Shown here one piece after another: positions 32,301 to 42,000 of a stretch of 57,489 bases of DNA (positions are counted from its first letter, which is position 1; each line of letters begins with the position of its first letter). The notes under the pieces were generated by a model. The model ran no database searches. It saw nothing but the letters and a program-made list of their open reading frames with translations, and was not told the DNA's origin. The stretch lies in the IMG/VR virus record IMGVR_UViG_3300027782_000043, one strand, 5' to 3'. This stretch comes from an uncultured virus (IMG/VR IMGVR_UViG_3300027782_000043). Its lineage: Duplodnaviria; Heunggongvirae; Uroviricota; Caudoviricetes. Position numbers and translations under genes: made by a program.

Positions 32301-34480
32301 AAAAATGAATTAATAATAGAATCAACTTCTTTTGAGGATTTATTTGATAATTGTTTTTCAATTATTGTATTCATAGCCGATGGGGTATCGACAACTATTT
32401 TCCAATTTATACTTCCACTTCTACTTGTGTTTGAATAAGTGTATATTGGTTCCGGTCTACCTAAAAATTTAGTTGGGTTCCAATTAGCACTAGAATCTTC
32501 ACTAAATGTTATGTCGTATGGAGGAAACCACATTATTCTACCACCATTTGGACCTTTTTCACAGGTTGGTAAATCATCATAAGTATATCCCGGTTGATCT
32601 GAAGTTCTCCAAGCTAAATTTTCCAATGAAAACATATATTTTTTTACCTTACTATCAATAATATTAGTTGATCCAGGATTTCTTAATGGTGCAATATTTA
32701 AATTAAATGTATTATCAAGAACAGAATTATTGAATTTACGACCTGACTCTGTAATACCATCAGTTTTTTGTAAATCAGCATATGTTAAATATGGTGTATC
32801 TTTTTGGAAGACTCGACAATATTCTCTACCTATCTCAGTTCCATCAACACCAATAGTACTATCTCCCGTCGAACTATCGTAGTAAGCAATAACTTGAGAA
32901 CCTTTTGTCATTTCTTTATATCCATCATTGAATACTTTGGAAACTTGATTTATAGCATTACCTGCGTGTTTTAATCTAGCCTGTCCACCAACATTGTCTG
33001 CGGCGTTTATTATTCTTTGAGTATTATCTAATATTGATCCTCCCCTAAATTCAATCTCCGTGGATAAATTTTGATTATATGAATTTTGAATTTGGTTAAA
33101 CTCTTCGTCAATAATTTTATTTTCTCCACCAACCCCAACTTTCCATCCAGCATTTTCTTTATATTTTGGTGATGTCCATACAAAATTTCCATTTATACCC
33201 CCTTGATTAGAATATGATTCCGCCTGTAAACCAAAATTAATTTTACCTTCGTTACCCTCATAAAGTTTACCTAATTCAGAAGGTCCGTACACCAATGTTG
33301 ATTGTTGTTTTCCAAGATAATTAACCGCAACTTGATTTGCAGGATGAGTTATAAGTGACGGTTCAACATCTTCACTACCAACATAATAACCACCCCCACC
33401 ATTAGGTCCTGCTCCAAATAAATTAGATATAACACTTGTAAATTGTTGTAATGGTGGTTTATCATAATTTGGTCGATATAAATTATATTCTAAACTTTTA
33501 AATAAAACAGATTGTTGACCATTACCAGTGTTTGCTAAAAATATTTCAGAAGGACTCCTAAAATTATTTAAAACAGAACCTAATGCACCACCCGTTAAAT
33601 TATTAACAACGTTTAAAGCGTTTTGAGTTTGTGGTGAATATATTGGATCAGGATCATCAAAGTAATCTCCAGGAATAAATGATACAGGAAAATAAGTTCC
33701 TGTTAATCGATTCAAAAAACTTACAGCGGCTAACAATGGATTTTCAGGTACTGTTATTTTCCAATTCTTAGTAAAGAATGGTTGTTGTCCAGTTGCCAAC
33801 ATAGTGGCACTAAAAGGATCTTGTAAAGTACTTAAGTTAATACTACCAAGAGTCATTTGATAAAATTCTTGAGCAATTCTTTCTTGAAAATATCCTTTTA
33901 AATATCCCGCTCCTGTTTTAGCAATATAAGAATCTTGAGATAACAATCCCATATCCCCACTTGGATCATTCGATATTAATATTGAGTATGGGGTATAACT
34001 TGATGGGATAAAAGTACTTGGGACTCCATTATAATACGGTAAATAATACTGTGAAGATAATTGTAGGTCGGTTATAATAATTAAATCTTTATATCCCCCT
34101 TCAGGTCCAAAAATATTTTTAATATATGCCGCATCAATATAAAATTCATTAATTAAATCTAAGGATGAATCTGTTGGATCATAAGGACCATTATTACTTC
34201 CAACAGGTAATGGTGCTCCTGGAACACTATATTTACCTAAAAATCCTCCATCAGGACCCCATTCATTTAATGGATATAAATTATTTGCTAATTGGTTTGT
34301 TGAAATTAAATTATTGGGTGAATCAATAACATTACTATCATTTAAAGGACTAATCTCATAAACCACATTACCAGATGGGGGGTTAAACGACCCTTCTACC
34401 TGATATGGTGGTAAATTTCTAGATATTAATAAATCTCTAAAAGATGATGATGATGTAAATGATAAAACACTTTCTGGCAT
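29363..34480 (-). CDS. Large tail/baseplate protein (1705 aa): tube-initiator-like fold with an inserted OmpA-like domain and repeat linkers
   Basis: Immediately after the tape measure gene. Tube-like motifs 'FSEDSSANWN...LGRPEPIYTYSNTSRSGSINW' and 'PPVLVLRIGD...ITLSFDFIGG'. OmpA-like 'IELQGSAS....YNRSLSKRRIDSV...CRRVRI'. Confidence 0.65.
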   Translation of the reverse strand: MPESVLSFTSSSSFRDLLISRNLPPYQVEGSFNPPSGNVVYEISPLNDSNVIDSPNNLISTNQLANNLYPLNEWGPDGGFLGKYSVPGAPLPVGSNNGPYDPTDSSLDLINEFYIDAAYIKNIFGPEGGYKDLIIITDLQLSSQYYLPYYNGVPSTFIPSSYTPYSILISNDPSGDMGLLSQDSYIAKTGAGYLKGYFQERIAQEFYQMTLGSINLSTLQDPFSATMLATGQQPFFTKNWKITVPENPLLAAVSFLNRLTGTYFPVSFIPGDYFDDPDPIYSPQTQNALNVVNNLTGGALGSVLNNFRSPSEIFLANTGNGQQSVLFKSLEYNLYRPNYDKPPLQQFTSVISNLFGAGPNGGGGYYVGSEDVEPSLITHPANQVAVNYLGKQQSTLVYGPSELGKLYEGNEGKINFGLQAESYSNQGGINGNFVWTSPKYKENAGWKVGVGGENKIIDEEFNQIQNSYNQNLSTEIEFRGGSILDNTQRIINAADNVGGQARLKHAGNAINQVSKVFNDGYKEMTKGSQVIAYYDSSTGDSTIGVDGTEIGREYCRVFQKDTPYLTYADLQKTDGITESGRKFNNSVLDNTFNLNIAPLRNPGSTNIIDSKVKKYMFSLENLAWRTSDQPGYTYDDLPTCEKGPNGGRIMWFPPYDITFSEDSSANWNPTKFLGRPEPIYTYSNTSRSGSINWKIVVDTPSAMNTIIEKQLSNKSSKEVDSIINSFFAGCVKYDLYDLAIKFNTIPTSDLYTYQQLLNEPRLTEEELGEIYKNVSVDKSTSLSESSEGGDGTNGTPGTPGTPGTNGTPGTNGTPGTTDTPGVEEKLDQESINEFIDYSFYFDNDYPEGYYTTEVTATKPYDFWHNQYLSVKNTNYVNLPPVDVYVGTKKYINKSVIPKFFTDVIIGNYNLIQNEFLAKLKEIIIVQNGKVTIELQGSASAPAEVEYNRSLSKRRIDSVLQWFRSKTIGDKTVPVLESEGRLTFKENSNGEEITILVGKNGPYEETDCRKDISRTSGGEPSGTAQWYSIPAMSCRRVRIAKITIDPAPPPPGPPPGPPPGPPPGPPPGPPPGPPPGPPPGPSPGPPPSPSPGPPPGPKPIKKVDPLKTVKEGISKKILRSLFSECDYFEVIKKENPMVYDSIKDKIKYFSPAFHSTTPEGLNARLTFLNQCMRPGQTIPVIDTDGRPKYNDALNTSFGAPPVLVLRIGDFYHTKIIPNRLGITYDPLLFDINPEGIGVQPMIAKITLSFDFIGGNGLAGPVEQLQNALSFNYYANTEIYDERAVATEDTSERDNAIVGKLVPNSSSPPTVGDIPNNIPQKGGETIGKILGASSNDDGTIETGELDYSGLISELSTSTKDFFSTIYNKLKSINDISNYGILQLVNFKRKYFDGNISEFGSPAPLKIYGKPDDVEKLIKNLVDNAVNDCKNDLSPVIKDIVNDTEYTNAAQRQVKNKLEDILKNREGEINNFVIGSINELTSYQENLNYTFRKTDVVISKIDGILLETGKPKVYIFTGSSATTVSDSILNVYKTNVASGITEFFDVMLNRYIIDSPIYSESINVMNFPNAVPGLRPFGNNEEKRFYMVMSDVMIDENKYTSFIESLTSLEKIKSNPKLVSDLKNRFDDYRFKCKTEKENENRIFNDYEKSPEYEKFQNFQILPFDVKVGYTTDKNDPNYSTYEKRISDLYSKQNLNTDDKYNGKIKFN
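31194..31340 (-). repeat. 12-nt coding tandem repeat (PPGP)n
   Basis: About 12 copies of ggaggtggacct/ggaggtggtcct with two PSPG variants. Confidence 0.92.
32017..32112 (-). repeat. 9-nt coding tandem repeat (GTP/GTN)n
   Basis: Repeated agtaccagg/agtaccatt units. Confidence 0.9.
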
Positions 34481-34521
34481 TTTTTTTTCTTTATTTATAA
34501 ATACCTTTAGTCGGTTTTTTT

Positions 34522-36384
34522 TTATTTAAAAATTGGTTTTTGACCATTTGATGCTCTAATATTATCAATTCGACTAAGTAAAGCTTGCATATTTTTTGTT
34601 CCATCAGGCCCATTAAAATAATTAGATATAGCAGTATTAATATCTTGAATTGCCTGACCACTAATTTTATCATCAGCAATAACATTAAAATCAACGGTAA
34701 ATTGATTCTCAGTTGTTATTGTCATTGGTTCATAAGAAATATCCAAGTTTGGGTTCTTTAAAAATTCAATTAAAGTTTGATCTTCAAGATCAGGTCCTCC
34801 CATACCAAAACTTGAACTAGCCACATTTTTTAAAAATGAAAAACCATCTTCAATTTCTTTTAGAACTTTGTTACCCATATCTTTTAATCCCGTTTTATCT
34901 AAAAATTTTTCCATTAGTTCCTTCACATATGGAGCTACCGTTTCAGTAGCCGTTCTATAATTTTTGGATTGCCTTGCCTCCGGTGGTATATTATTAGTTA
35001 GTAATCTTTCAAATCCTCCTAACGCTCCTGAGTATAAATCTTGCATTGTTTTAGAACTTGCGGGACCATATTTAGCTGCCGCAACAATTTCATTTAAATT
35101 TGAAGATATTCGTTTCATATAAGTTAATTGATCTTTCGCGATTTCTTCCATTGATGCGTCATTACTTTTTTGTTGTTGTGCCAATTTTGCAACATCATCA
35201 GTACTTAATTCACTAACTAATTTATCTATATATTCTCCCGTTCCTTCTTCCTTACCATCTTTACCTGTACGTGTTTCTTCTATTCTTACTACCGCTCTAC
35301 CTGACTTATCAATTTGTGCCATTGTTGCAATAAGTTCTCTATCTTCTTTGGTTGCAATATCGGTTGGGAATTTAATTTGTTTTAATTTCATTTCAAACAT
35401 CCCCGCATTTATTGCCATTTTTTGTAATTCGCCGGCAGGTAATCCCATCGACTTACCAATTTCGTCAATACGTCTTTTAGCTCCAGGTAATATTTCTATT
35501 TGATTATTCTCCTTATTGAATCTTGTAAACTCTTTTGTCATGTTTACAATTTGGTTTTGTAGTTCTGTTGGGTCATTTTGAGCTAAATCCATCAATCTTA
35601 ATGGATCAAGTAATTGACTTGATGTTACACCTAATCTTTGTAGTGATGCCGCAAATTCAATTGCCCCTTCAGGATTAAATACTTTATCTACAACAGTAAA
35701 TATTGATGACATATTAATCCCCAATCTTGATGCTTGTGCTGCCATATTTGCTAATCCTTTAATCCCACCCTCAAAATTATAAAGGTTCATTTTATCTAAA
35801 TTAGTAACAACACCGGAAGAAACAGCTTGAACTGTTACCCCTGCTTGTCTTGCAATTTTAACAACATCTAACATTTTAGGTTCAATACTTGCAATACTAA
35901 CACCGACATCTCTAAATTTTTCAGATAATTCGCTTTGTTTTACTTTAGTTACTTCTGCGGTTGCCGCAAAACTAGTTAAAGACTCAGCGTTTAACATAAT
36001 ATTAACCTTCATGGTTTCTCCTAAACCTTTTAAAGTTTCCGCAACATCACCAACATCAAGACCAATACCAACAAATTGGGGTATTGCATCGGCAATAGTT
36101 TGGGTTAATTCTCCAGCTCTATCTTTACTGATTCCAAAAGTTCTAACTAATTTAGTTGCTTCTGTATCTAAATTTTGTAATGCTTCTAACCATCCCGCAG
36201 GACCTATAGTCCCTAAAATCTCTTTAGTTATTAACAATAAATTACTTGCAGCATTTAAAGGACTTGTGACAGTATCCAAAGTTGCATCAAATATAGTTTT
36301 TAGATTTAATAAATCATCTTGTAATTTAGTGTCAACAACTTTATCTGGATCTTGTACCGTGATTGGTGCTTTTGGCGTACTCAT
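34522..36384 (-). CDS. Probable tail tape measure protein (620 aa)
   Basis: Ala/Gly/Leu-rich helical sequence ('LANMAAQASRLGINM', 'FAASLQRLG') at the canonical position after the tube and chaperone genes. Confidence 0.7.
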   Translation of the reverse strand: MSTPKAPITVQDPDKVVDTKLQDDLLNLKTIFDATLDTVTSPLNAASNLLLITKEILGTIGPAGWLEALQNLDTEATKLVRTFGISKDRAGELTQTIADAIPQFVGIGLDVGDVAETLKGLGETMKVNIMLNAESLTSFAATAEVTKVKQSELSEKFRDVGVSIASIEPKMLDVVKIARQAGVTVQAVSSGVVTNLDKMNLYNFEGGIKGLANMAAQASRLGINMSSIFTVVDKVFNPEGAIEFAASLQRLGVTSSQLLDPLRLMDLAQNDPTELQNQIVNMTKEFTRFNKENNQIEILPGAKRRIDEIGKSMGLPAGELQKMAINAGMFEMKLKQIKFPTDIATKEDRELIATMAQIDKSGRAVVRIEETRTGKDGKEEGTGEYIDKLVSELSTDDVAKLAQQQKSNDASMEEIAKDQLTYMKRISSNLNEIVAAAKYGPASSKTMQDLYSGALGGFERLLTNNIPPEARQSKNYRTATETVAPYVKELMEKFLDKTGLKDMGNKVLKEIEDGFSFLKNVASSSFGMGGPDLEDQTLIEFLKNPNLDISYEPMTITTENQFTVDFNVIADDKISGQAIQDINTAISNYFNGPDGTKNMQALLSRIDNIRASNGQKPIFK

Positions 36385-36415
36385 ATTATAAAACTATTTT
36401 TATAATAAATATAGA

Positions 36416-36574
36416 TTATTTATTTTTTTTGTGCTCCTCAATAATTTTATCAATAAGATATCTTCTCACATATGTTGGCATTTTTAAATACTCGGAATAA
36501 GATGTTCTTAACATCTTTGCCAATAAATAAAATTCGTCTAATATAAATTTTGAGTAATCAGAAGAAAGGCCGAA
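36416..36574 (-). CDS. Unlisted 52-codon overlapping frame (FGLSSDYSKFILDEFYLLAKMLRTSYSEYLKMPTYVRRYLIDKIIEEHKKNK), a gp51/GT-like chaperone C-terminal extension probably reached by frameshift
   Basis: +1 frame relative to the 254-aa gene. Closed upstream by a TGA 7 codons before the TTC entry codon, with no ATG until 36514. 'Y..YL.MP...R.Y.I' resembles tail chaperone C-terminal parts. Confidence 0.7.
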   Translation of the reverse strand, partial: FGLSSDYSKFILDEFYLLAKMLRTSYSEYLKMPTYVRRYLIDKIIEEHKKNK

Positions 36575-37322
36575 AAAATTCCACCCCAAAAGCAATGTTC
36601 ACCATTACTCTTTCTCCTGACGGGGCGATAACTTCTTTTATTAAATCTAATCTTGGTTCGTTTTCTAACATAAAGTTTTTAATATGTTTTGAATCCATTA
36701 TTGGCATATTATCAATAAACTTAACAATATCTCCCTTATTAGTATTACCATCAATATCAACAATCATATTACTTAATCTAAGAGTTGCAATAGGTGGTAT
36801 TATTCCTGATGGATATCCACTTAAAGTTTTTTCAATATCAACAGAATCTCTCATAGTTAAAAATTTTAACGTAACATTAGATTTTGTTCTTGGTAATGTT
36901 GTTTTTAAATGGCCATTATCATCAGGTTCAATATTAATTTTTTTAATATTTAATTCATCAAGTAAAATTGTTGCATTAAATTCATTATTTGTTTGTGGAT
37001 CAGTAACACTTACAACATATTCAGGACCAAAAGATGTATTTCTTAAAAATATTAATAATGCTTCAATGTCCGCATCTAAAAGATCTTCAGGTCTAATATC
37101 CGTTTCATATAATTTATTTCTTAATAACGGTAATACAATTGATTCCTTAATCGTTTTATTTGGGTTCATGCTTAAAAGAGTGTTTTCATCGGCAGCAGTT
37201 AAATAACCAATTTTAACACTTTTCTTTTTAGATTTATAATATTTACCACCCGAAGGTAAAGACACAACATCGTGAGGTAAATTAAAATCCATTTGACCAT
37301 ACTGTTTTGAATCGTTTTCCAT
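36558..37322 (-). CDS. Tail assembly chaperone / baseplate hub assembly protein, T4 gp26-like
   Basis: 'LPSGGKYY', 'YLTAADENTL', 'DIEALLIFLRNTSFGPEY', 'LP.TKSNVTLKFLT' and C-terminal 'FGVEFFRP'. Lies between tube and tape measure genes. Confidence 0.8.
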   Translation of the reverse strand: MENDSKQYGQMDFNLPHDVVSLPSGGKYYKSKKKSVKIGYLTAADENTLLSMNPNKTIKESIVLPLLRNKLYETDIRPEDLLDADIEALLIFLRNTSFGPEYVVSVTDPQTNNEFNATILLDELNIKKINIEPDDNGHLKTTLPRTKSNVTLKFLTMRDSVDIEKTLSGYPSGIIPPIATLRLSNMIVDIDGNTNKGDIVKFIDNMPIMDSKHIKNFMLENEPRLDLIKEVIAPSGERVMVNIAFGVEFFRPFF

Positions 37323-37424
37323 AATTGTTTTTTTATTATAAAGATACTTTACTTATATTTTTTGTAAATATATTTCTTTTTTTTAGTTAAAATCTTAATA
37401 ATTATTATATTTTGTTATTTTAAT

Positions 37425-37460
37425 AAAAAAAAAATCCCATACATATTAATATATGGGAAT
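37425..37460 (-). terminator. Intrinsic terminator after the tail tube gene
   Basis: Minus strand TCCCATATAT-taat-ATGTATGGGA followed by a run of T. Confidence 0.7.
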
Positions 37461-37509
37461 TAAATATCGTATCTATGAATAGATATATTTTAGTTTTATT
37501 TAAAAGAAA

Positions 37510-37998
37510 TTAATAAACTAATATACAACGGTCCATACGAAGTGTTCCACTAATGTCCGCCAAAGCATCTTGAGAATATGATAATGTTCCAAAATTAACA
37601 TCAGTTAAAAATGTGCCTTCTAATATCCATTTTTCTACAACAACTCCTGTTGGATCTAACATTTCAAGATCAACATTTTTTTTGTATCCTGCAGCATAAC
37701 CCATACGACCTGTAACGGACTCAGCACATAAACGAACCCATTCCATTAAAGCTTGTGCTGCAGATGGTCCAATTGGGTCACGGAATTTAACTGTGATTGC
37801 ATCCCAATTAAATCTACCAGCAACAAATGTTGATGTATTTAAGAATTGTATTTCGGTTGAACCGATTTTTATTGATGGCCTTGAAGCACTTTCCACAAAC
37901 CACTCGTTGATACCCAAATCTGAAGGAAACCTTATAATAAACCTGTTCTGCCTTTTGGGTTCGTACGGAACTGGCATTTTCATTAACAAATCAGCCAT
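37510..37998 (-). CDS. Tail tube protein (gp19-like)
   Basis: 'EPKRQNRF', 'VAGRFNWDAITVKFRD', 'LMEWV', 'YKKNVDLEMLDPTG.VVEKWIL.G.F...FGTLSY' are typical of contractile tail tubes. Confidence 0.9.
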   Translation of the reverse strand: MADLLMKMPVPYEPKRQNRFIIRFPSDLGINEWFVESASRPSIKIGSTEIQFLNTSTFVAGRFNWDAITVKFRDPIGPSAAQALMEWVRLCAESVTGRMGYAAGYKKNVDLEMLDPTGVVVEKWILEGTFLTDVNFGTLSYSQDALADISGTLRMDRCILVY

Positions 37999-38112
37999 AA
38001 TTTTTAATTTTTAATTTTATGTTTATTTTCATTATAAATATACGATAAATAAAATTTTTCTATTTACTTTTATTTTTTTTTAAATAAAATATACTAGAAC
38101 TAGCATTTATTA

Positions 38113-38913
38113 TTAATATTTTGTTTTTATTCCTCTTGATGTTAAGTAAATTTGTAGTATATTATCTTCTTTATCTTTAAAATAATCTTTCATACTAGAT
38201 ACATTTTTTACATCATCATCTGAAAAACCAATAAATGGCTTAATATAATTATTTATTTTATTTTTTATTAAAGCCTTTTTCTGTAACTGAATAGAAATTT
38301 CTTTAACATATTTAATAAATTCTTCCATAGCTTTAATTTTTCCTGGCTCTGGATTTGTTTCAGAACTCATACCAAAAGAAACTGCGTGAAAACGACACAA
38401 ATCTAAATATGATTTTATAAGTTTATCTTTAGTTAAGATATCCTCATCCGCCAAATCTTTATATTTTAATAAATTTTTAACCAACTTATTTGAATCAATA
38501 CCATTTTTGTTTGATTTAATTAGTTTATATATACCTTGTTTAATTGCTGATGGTGTGTGACCTCTTGCAGTAATTATAGAAAAAATGGATCCATTATTAA
38601 TTGCTTCAACAAAATCATCCCATACTGGTCCTGTTGGTGAGACCATAACATCAATTAAAAATTGATCGTCATAAGTAACACCGAACTCGATATAAGCATC
38701 TTTTGCTGGTCCAACAATGGTATGTCCATTATATTTAAATAATTTTTTACCGACCATATCTCTAAATTCTGCAAAATCTTTTGTGGTCATACCTACTTTA
38801 TTACCTTTATCATTCAAAAGATAAATTTTTGTTGGCATATACATTAAATTATCATCCCAATCAAATGAATAATATTTTACTGCCGGAATTAAATCAATAG
38901 GTTTAATTTTCAT
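38113..38913 (-). CDS. HAD-superfamily phosphatase-like protein (likely start at ATG 38913)
   Basis: HAD motif I FDWDDNL, motif II IITARG, a conserved K and motif IV FSDDD. Confidence 0.7.
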   Translation of the reverse strand: MKIKPIDLIPAVKYYSFDWDDNLMYMPTKIYLLNDKGNKVGMTTKDFAEFRDMVGKKLFKYNGHTIVGPAKDAYIEFGVTYDDQFLIDVMVSPTGPVWDDFVEAINNGSIFSIITARGHTPSAIKQGIYKLIKSNKNGIDSNKLVKNLLKYKDLADEDILTKDKLIKSYLDLCRFHAVSFGMSSETNPEPGKIKAMEEFIKYVKEISIQLQKKALIKNKINNYIKPFIGFSDDDVKNVSSMKDYFKDKEDNILQIYLTSRGIKTKY

Positions 38914-38939
38914 TGTGTTTATTTTTATATTTATAAACA

Positions 38940-38947
38940 CAAAGGTA
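38940..38947 (-). promoter_or_regulatory. Bacteroidota-type -7 element (TAnnTTTG) upstream of the HAD gene
   Basis: TACCTTTG on the minus strand, just downstream of the sheath terminator and about 27 nt before the ATG. Confidence 0.45.
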
Positions 38948-38949
38948 AT

Positions 38950-38980
38950 AAAAAAAAGGAGAACTAGCCTCCTTTTTTTT
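38950..38980. terminator. Intrinsic terminator (potentially bidirectional) after the tail sheath gene
   Basis: AAAAAAAAGGAG-aactagc-CTCCTTTTTTTT. Confidence 0.8.
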
Positions 38981-39000
38981 ATTTTTTTACATTTTAATAA

Positions 39001-42000
39001 TTAAATATCTTCAAATGATGCTCCAGTTGGTGTTATATAGAATGTAATATCTATAAATTCTAAGGATCTTGTTGGTTTAATATAAATTTTACCTGTCATT
39101 TGATTTCTATCTAAGTCTGCTGTGTCAGAAGAAACTGTAACTCGGAAATCATATAAACCTCTATCTCTTCTAATAGCATCTAATATTGGATTTACGGAGT
39201 TTAAAAAGTCTTGTCTAACTTGTTCGTCATTTTGATCAAACAATAACCTTACAGATACTGCTGAGATTAATTTACGAGCTTGTAATAACAATCTTCTCAC
39301 GTTAATTCTATCAAGAGCTGACTCTCTTACTTGTAAAGTTTTATTACCCCAAATTACGGTTCCTACATCAGAGAAGGTTGCAATTGGATTAATTCTTCCT
39401 TGGTAAAGAGTGTCTCTATCTTCTTGAGTTAATTTTTTACGTGCTTTAATTGAGTTTACAATACCTCTTGTGTAACCTGCCGCTGCAAACCAAGGGAACG
39501 CAATATTATCTGTTAAGGCTAAATTTCTAGTTACCTCAGCAGTTGCCGGTATATATATTTGTGTATTGTTTACACTATCACGAGTTAACACCCAAGGATA
39601 ATAAGTTGCGGTATAGTTAGAATCAATTCCTGTTGTTTCTAAATTATCTACCGCTTCTTGAGGATAAATAATACCATCATTACCTGTAGTTGTTGGTAAA
39701 AACATATTATAATCGGGAGTTGTTGTAATATAAAGTGAGTCCGCTCTTTCATTTTCAATCATGTCTATTGTTGATTCAACTAAGTCACTATTATTAACAT
39801 AATCAATACCCGGTGAAACAAACACATTAATGTTAACCGCTTCAGGATTAGAGAATGTTTGAATTCCTAATAAATAAGCATAGTAGTCAGTATTTGCAAA
39901 ATCTTTAGTACCATCACCAACAGCAATTTGTTTGAATGCTCCCCAACCAACTGCATTTGGATATCTGTTATCAGGACACGCTCCATTTAAATAACCAGTT
40001 CTTCCTAAAACATATCTATCACTGTTAGTTCTATGTTCACGATATATATCCCAACCATCGTAACCTCCTTGTACTAATAAAGTGAATTTTCTTGAATAAA
40101 TTCTATAATAAGGACTTGTTGGGTTATTAGGTTCAGATGAGAAATTTGCCGAACCTACAACAAATTTAGATGTTCCTGATGTTGTAAAGGCATCTGAAAT
40201 AGTTATTCCTGAAGCATCCTTATCCATGTGGAAACCTTTTGATTTATATTTCCAATCAACACTTTCAATATCACAAGTTGAGATTGTATTTATTTTACCA
40301 ATATATTCAAAATAATTACCATCCCAACTATTATTATTAGAAATACCTAAATAGGTTCTTCTAACATTATCTCCACCACTTTGAATTGGTGTTCCAAATG
40401 GAGGATTAAAGATAACTTCTCCAGGAAAATCGTATTTTGTTTTATAAACAGGAAATGGTGATGTTGCGGTACCATAAGTTCTAAAATTAAACCCATCAAA
40501 ACCACAAGGAAGTGCATCAACAGGAGCATCTTCATTCATTTCTACCATAACATATTTAGAATTAAGTTGGTATTCGCCATCTAATGAACCTGTCTTTTTT
40601 GCAATAAAATTATTTTGACTTGGATCCATACTACAGTTAGTAAATTTCTCAATCACAACTGGATTTGAATCCGTATCATAATAATCACGAATAAACACAT
40701 CAAATGTTTGATTTGAAAACGAAATATTACCAATTGATATTTTTATTTCATAATTAGCGGAATCACCATCTGAAATTGTGTAAAATTTAAATAGGTTATA
40801 AACTTTTGTACCCCTAAGTTCAGATACTACCCAAGGAGAACTTGGTGTTTGATATTTATCTAAATACCAACCAATAGAATCCGAAGCATTACTTTGTGCA
40901 GAATTTAAATCTACTAATGTTGGATTTAATCCTCTAATAAATCCTTTTCTCCAACCATAGTTTAATAAAGCCTGAAACCTTTCTTCAACAAATAAAGGAA
41001 CCACTGTTCTTGGTTTACCAAAATTATCCGTACCAAAAACTTTTGTTATATATTGTGAGTCACTTGTTGCAAAAGACGTTTCAAAGTTAAAATTAACACC
41101 ATCTTTATTAGTAACATTAACACCAAATGGTAGATATGGGTTTTGTAATACACCAGAATATTGTCCTGTCATATCTAAAACTACGTCCGTCAAACCAGAT
41201 ACTTCATAAATTGGGTTATTACCATTTGAATATGTTGATATACCTCTTGATCTAAATGTTGCCACAACTAAATCATCATATTCTGTATATGATGTTCCTG
41301 TATAATAATAAATTACGCCCATTACTGATCCTGAAAAACACTCAACAGGAATAGGACTTGTTGTTGTTGTTGTTGTTGTTGGAACAGGAATAACACAAGG
41401 GTCGGTTGTTGTTGATGTTGTTGTTGGTGCGGTTGTGGTTGTTGTAATTGGAGTAATATTAGTTACACCAGTAACAATTGACCAAAATGAGAATCCTGTA
41501 TAACTTCCGCCACCAACATTATCAAATAATGAATAATACCACGATGTGTTTGCTCCATCACATAAATTATTTCCACTAAAAGGTATTGACGGTACACCAT
41601 AAACGTTTGTTGTTGCGGTGTATGATCCATTAACCGTTAACGCATTATAATCATTATCATCAACACTACCAAAATAACTAATATATTGGTCTTCCGCAAT
41701 TAATGGGTTTGAATTTGTTATTACATTAAAAATTAATTCTTTTATATTACTATCCAAAGTTGATGTTCCTCCTTGTGGAGTTTCATAACTCACATCCAAT
41801 AAATCCAATATTTCCTGAGGGAAGTGTGTCATATATTCAATACTAGAAGTTGAATCCGTACATCCCGTAAAATCAACAGAATATGGTAACTCCAAAGGAA
41901 TAACACATTGTTGTTCACAATTTACGGTCACTGAACTAAAACAATTAACATCAATTGTTGAACAATTAACATTTGCTTCAGTTAAGATTGACCAAGATGG

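Noticed and set aside
36011..37206. Plus-strand ORFs of 126 and 218 aa
   Set aside because: Fully antisense to the tape measure and gp26-like genes, with no motifs or expression signals.
37323..37509. Longest intergenic gaps as possible tRNA or ncRNA sites
   Set aside because: Extremely AT-rich and explained by a terminator plus a probable promoter. No cloverleaf or T-loop GTTC pattern.
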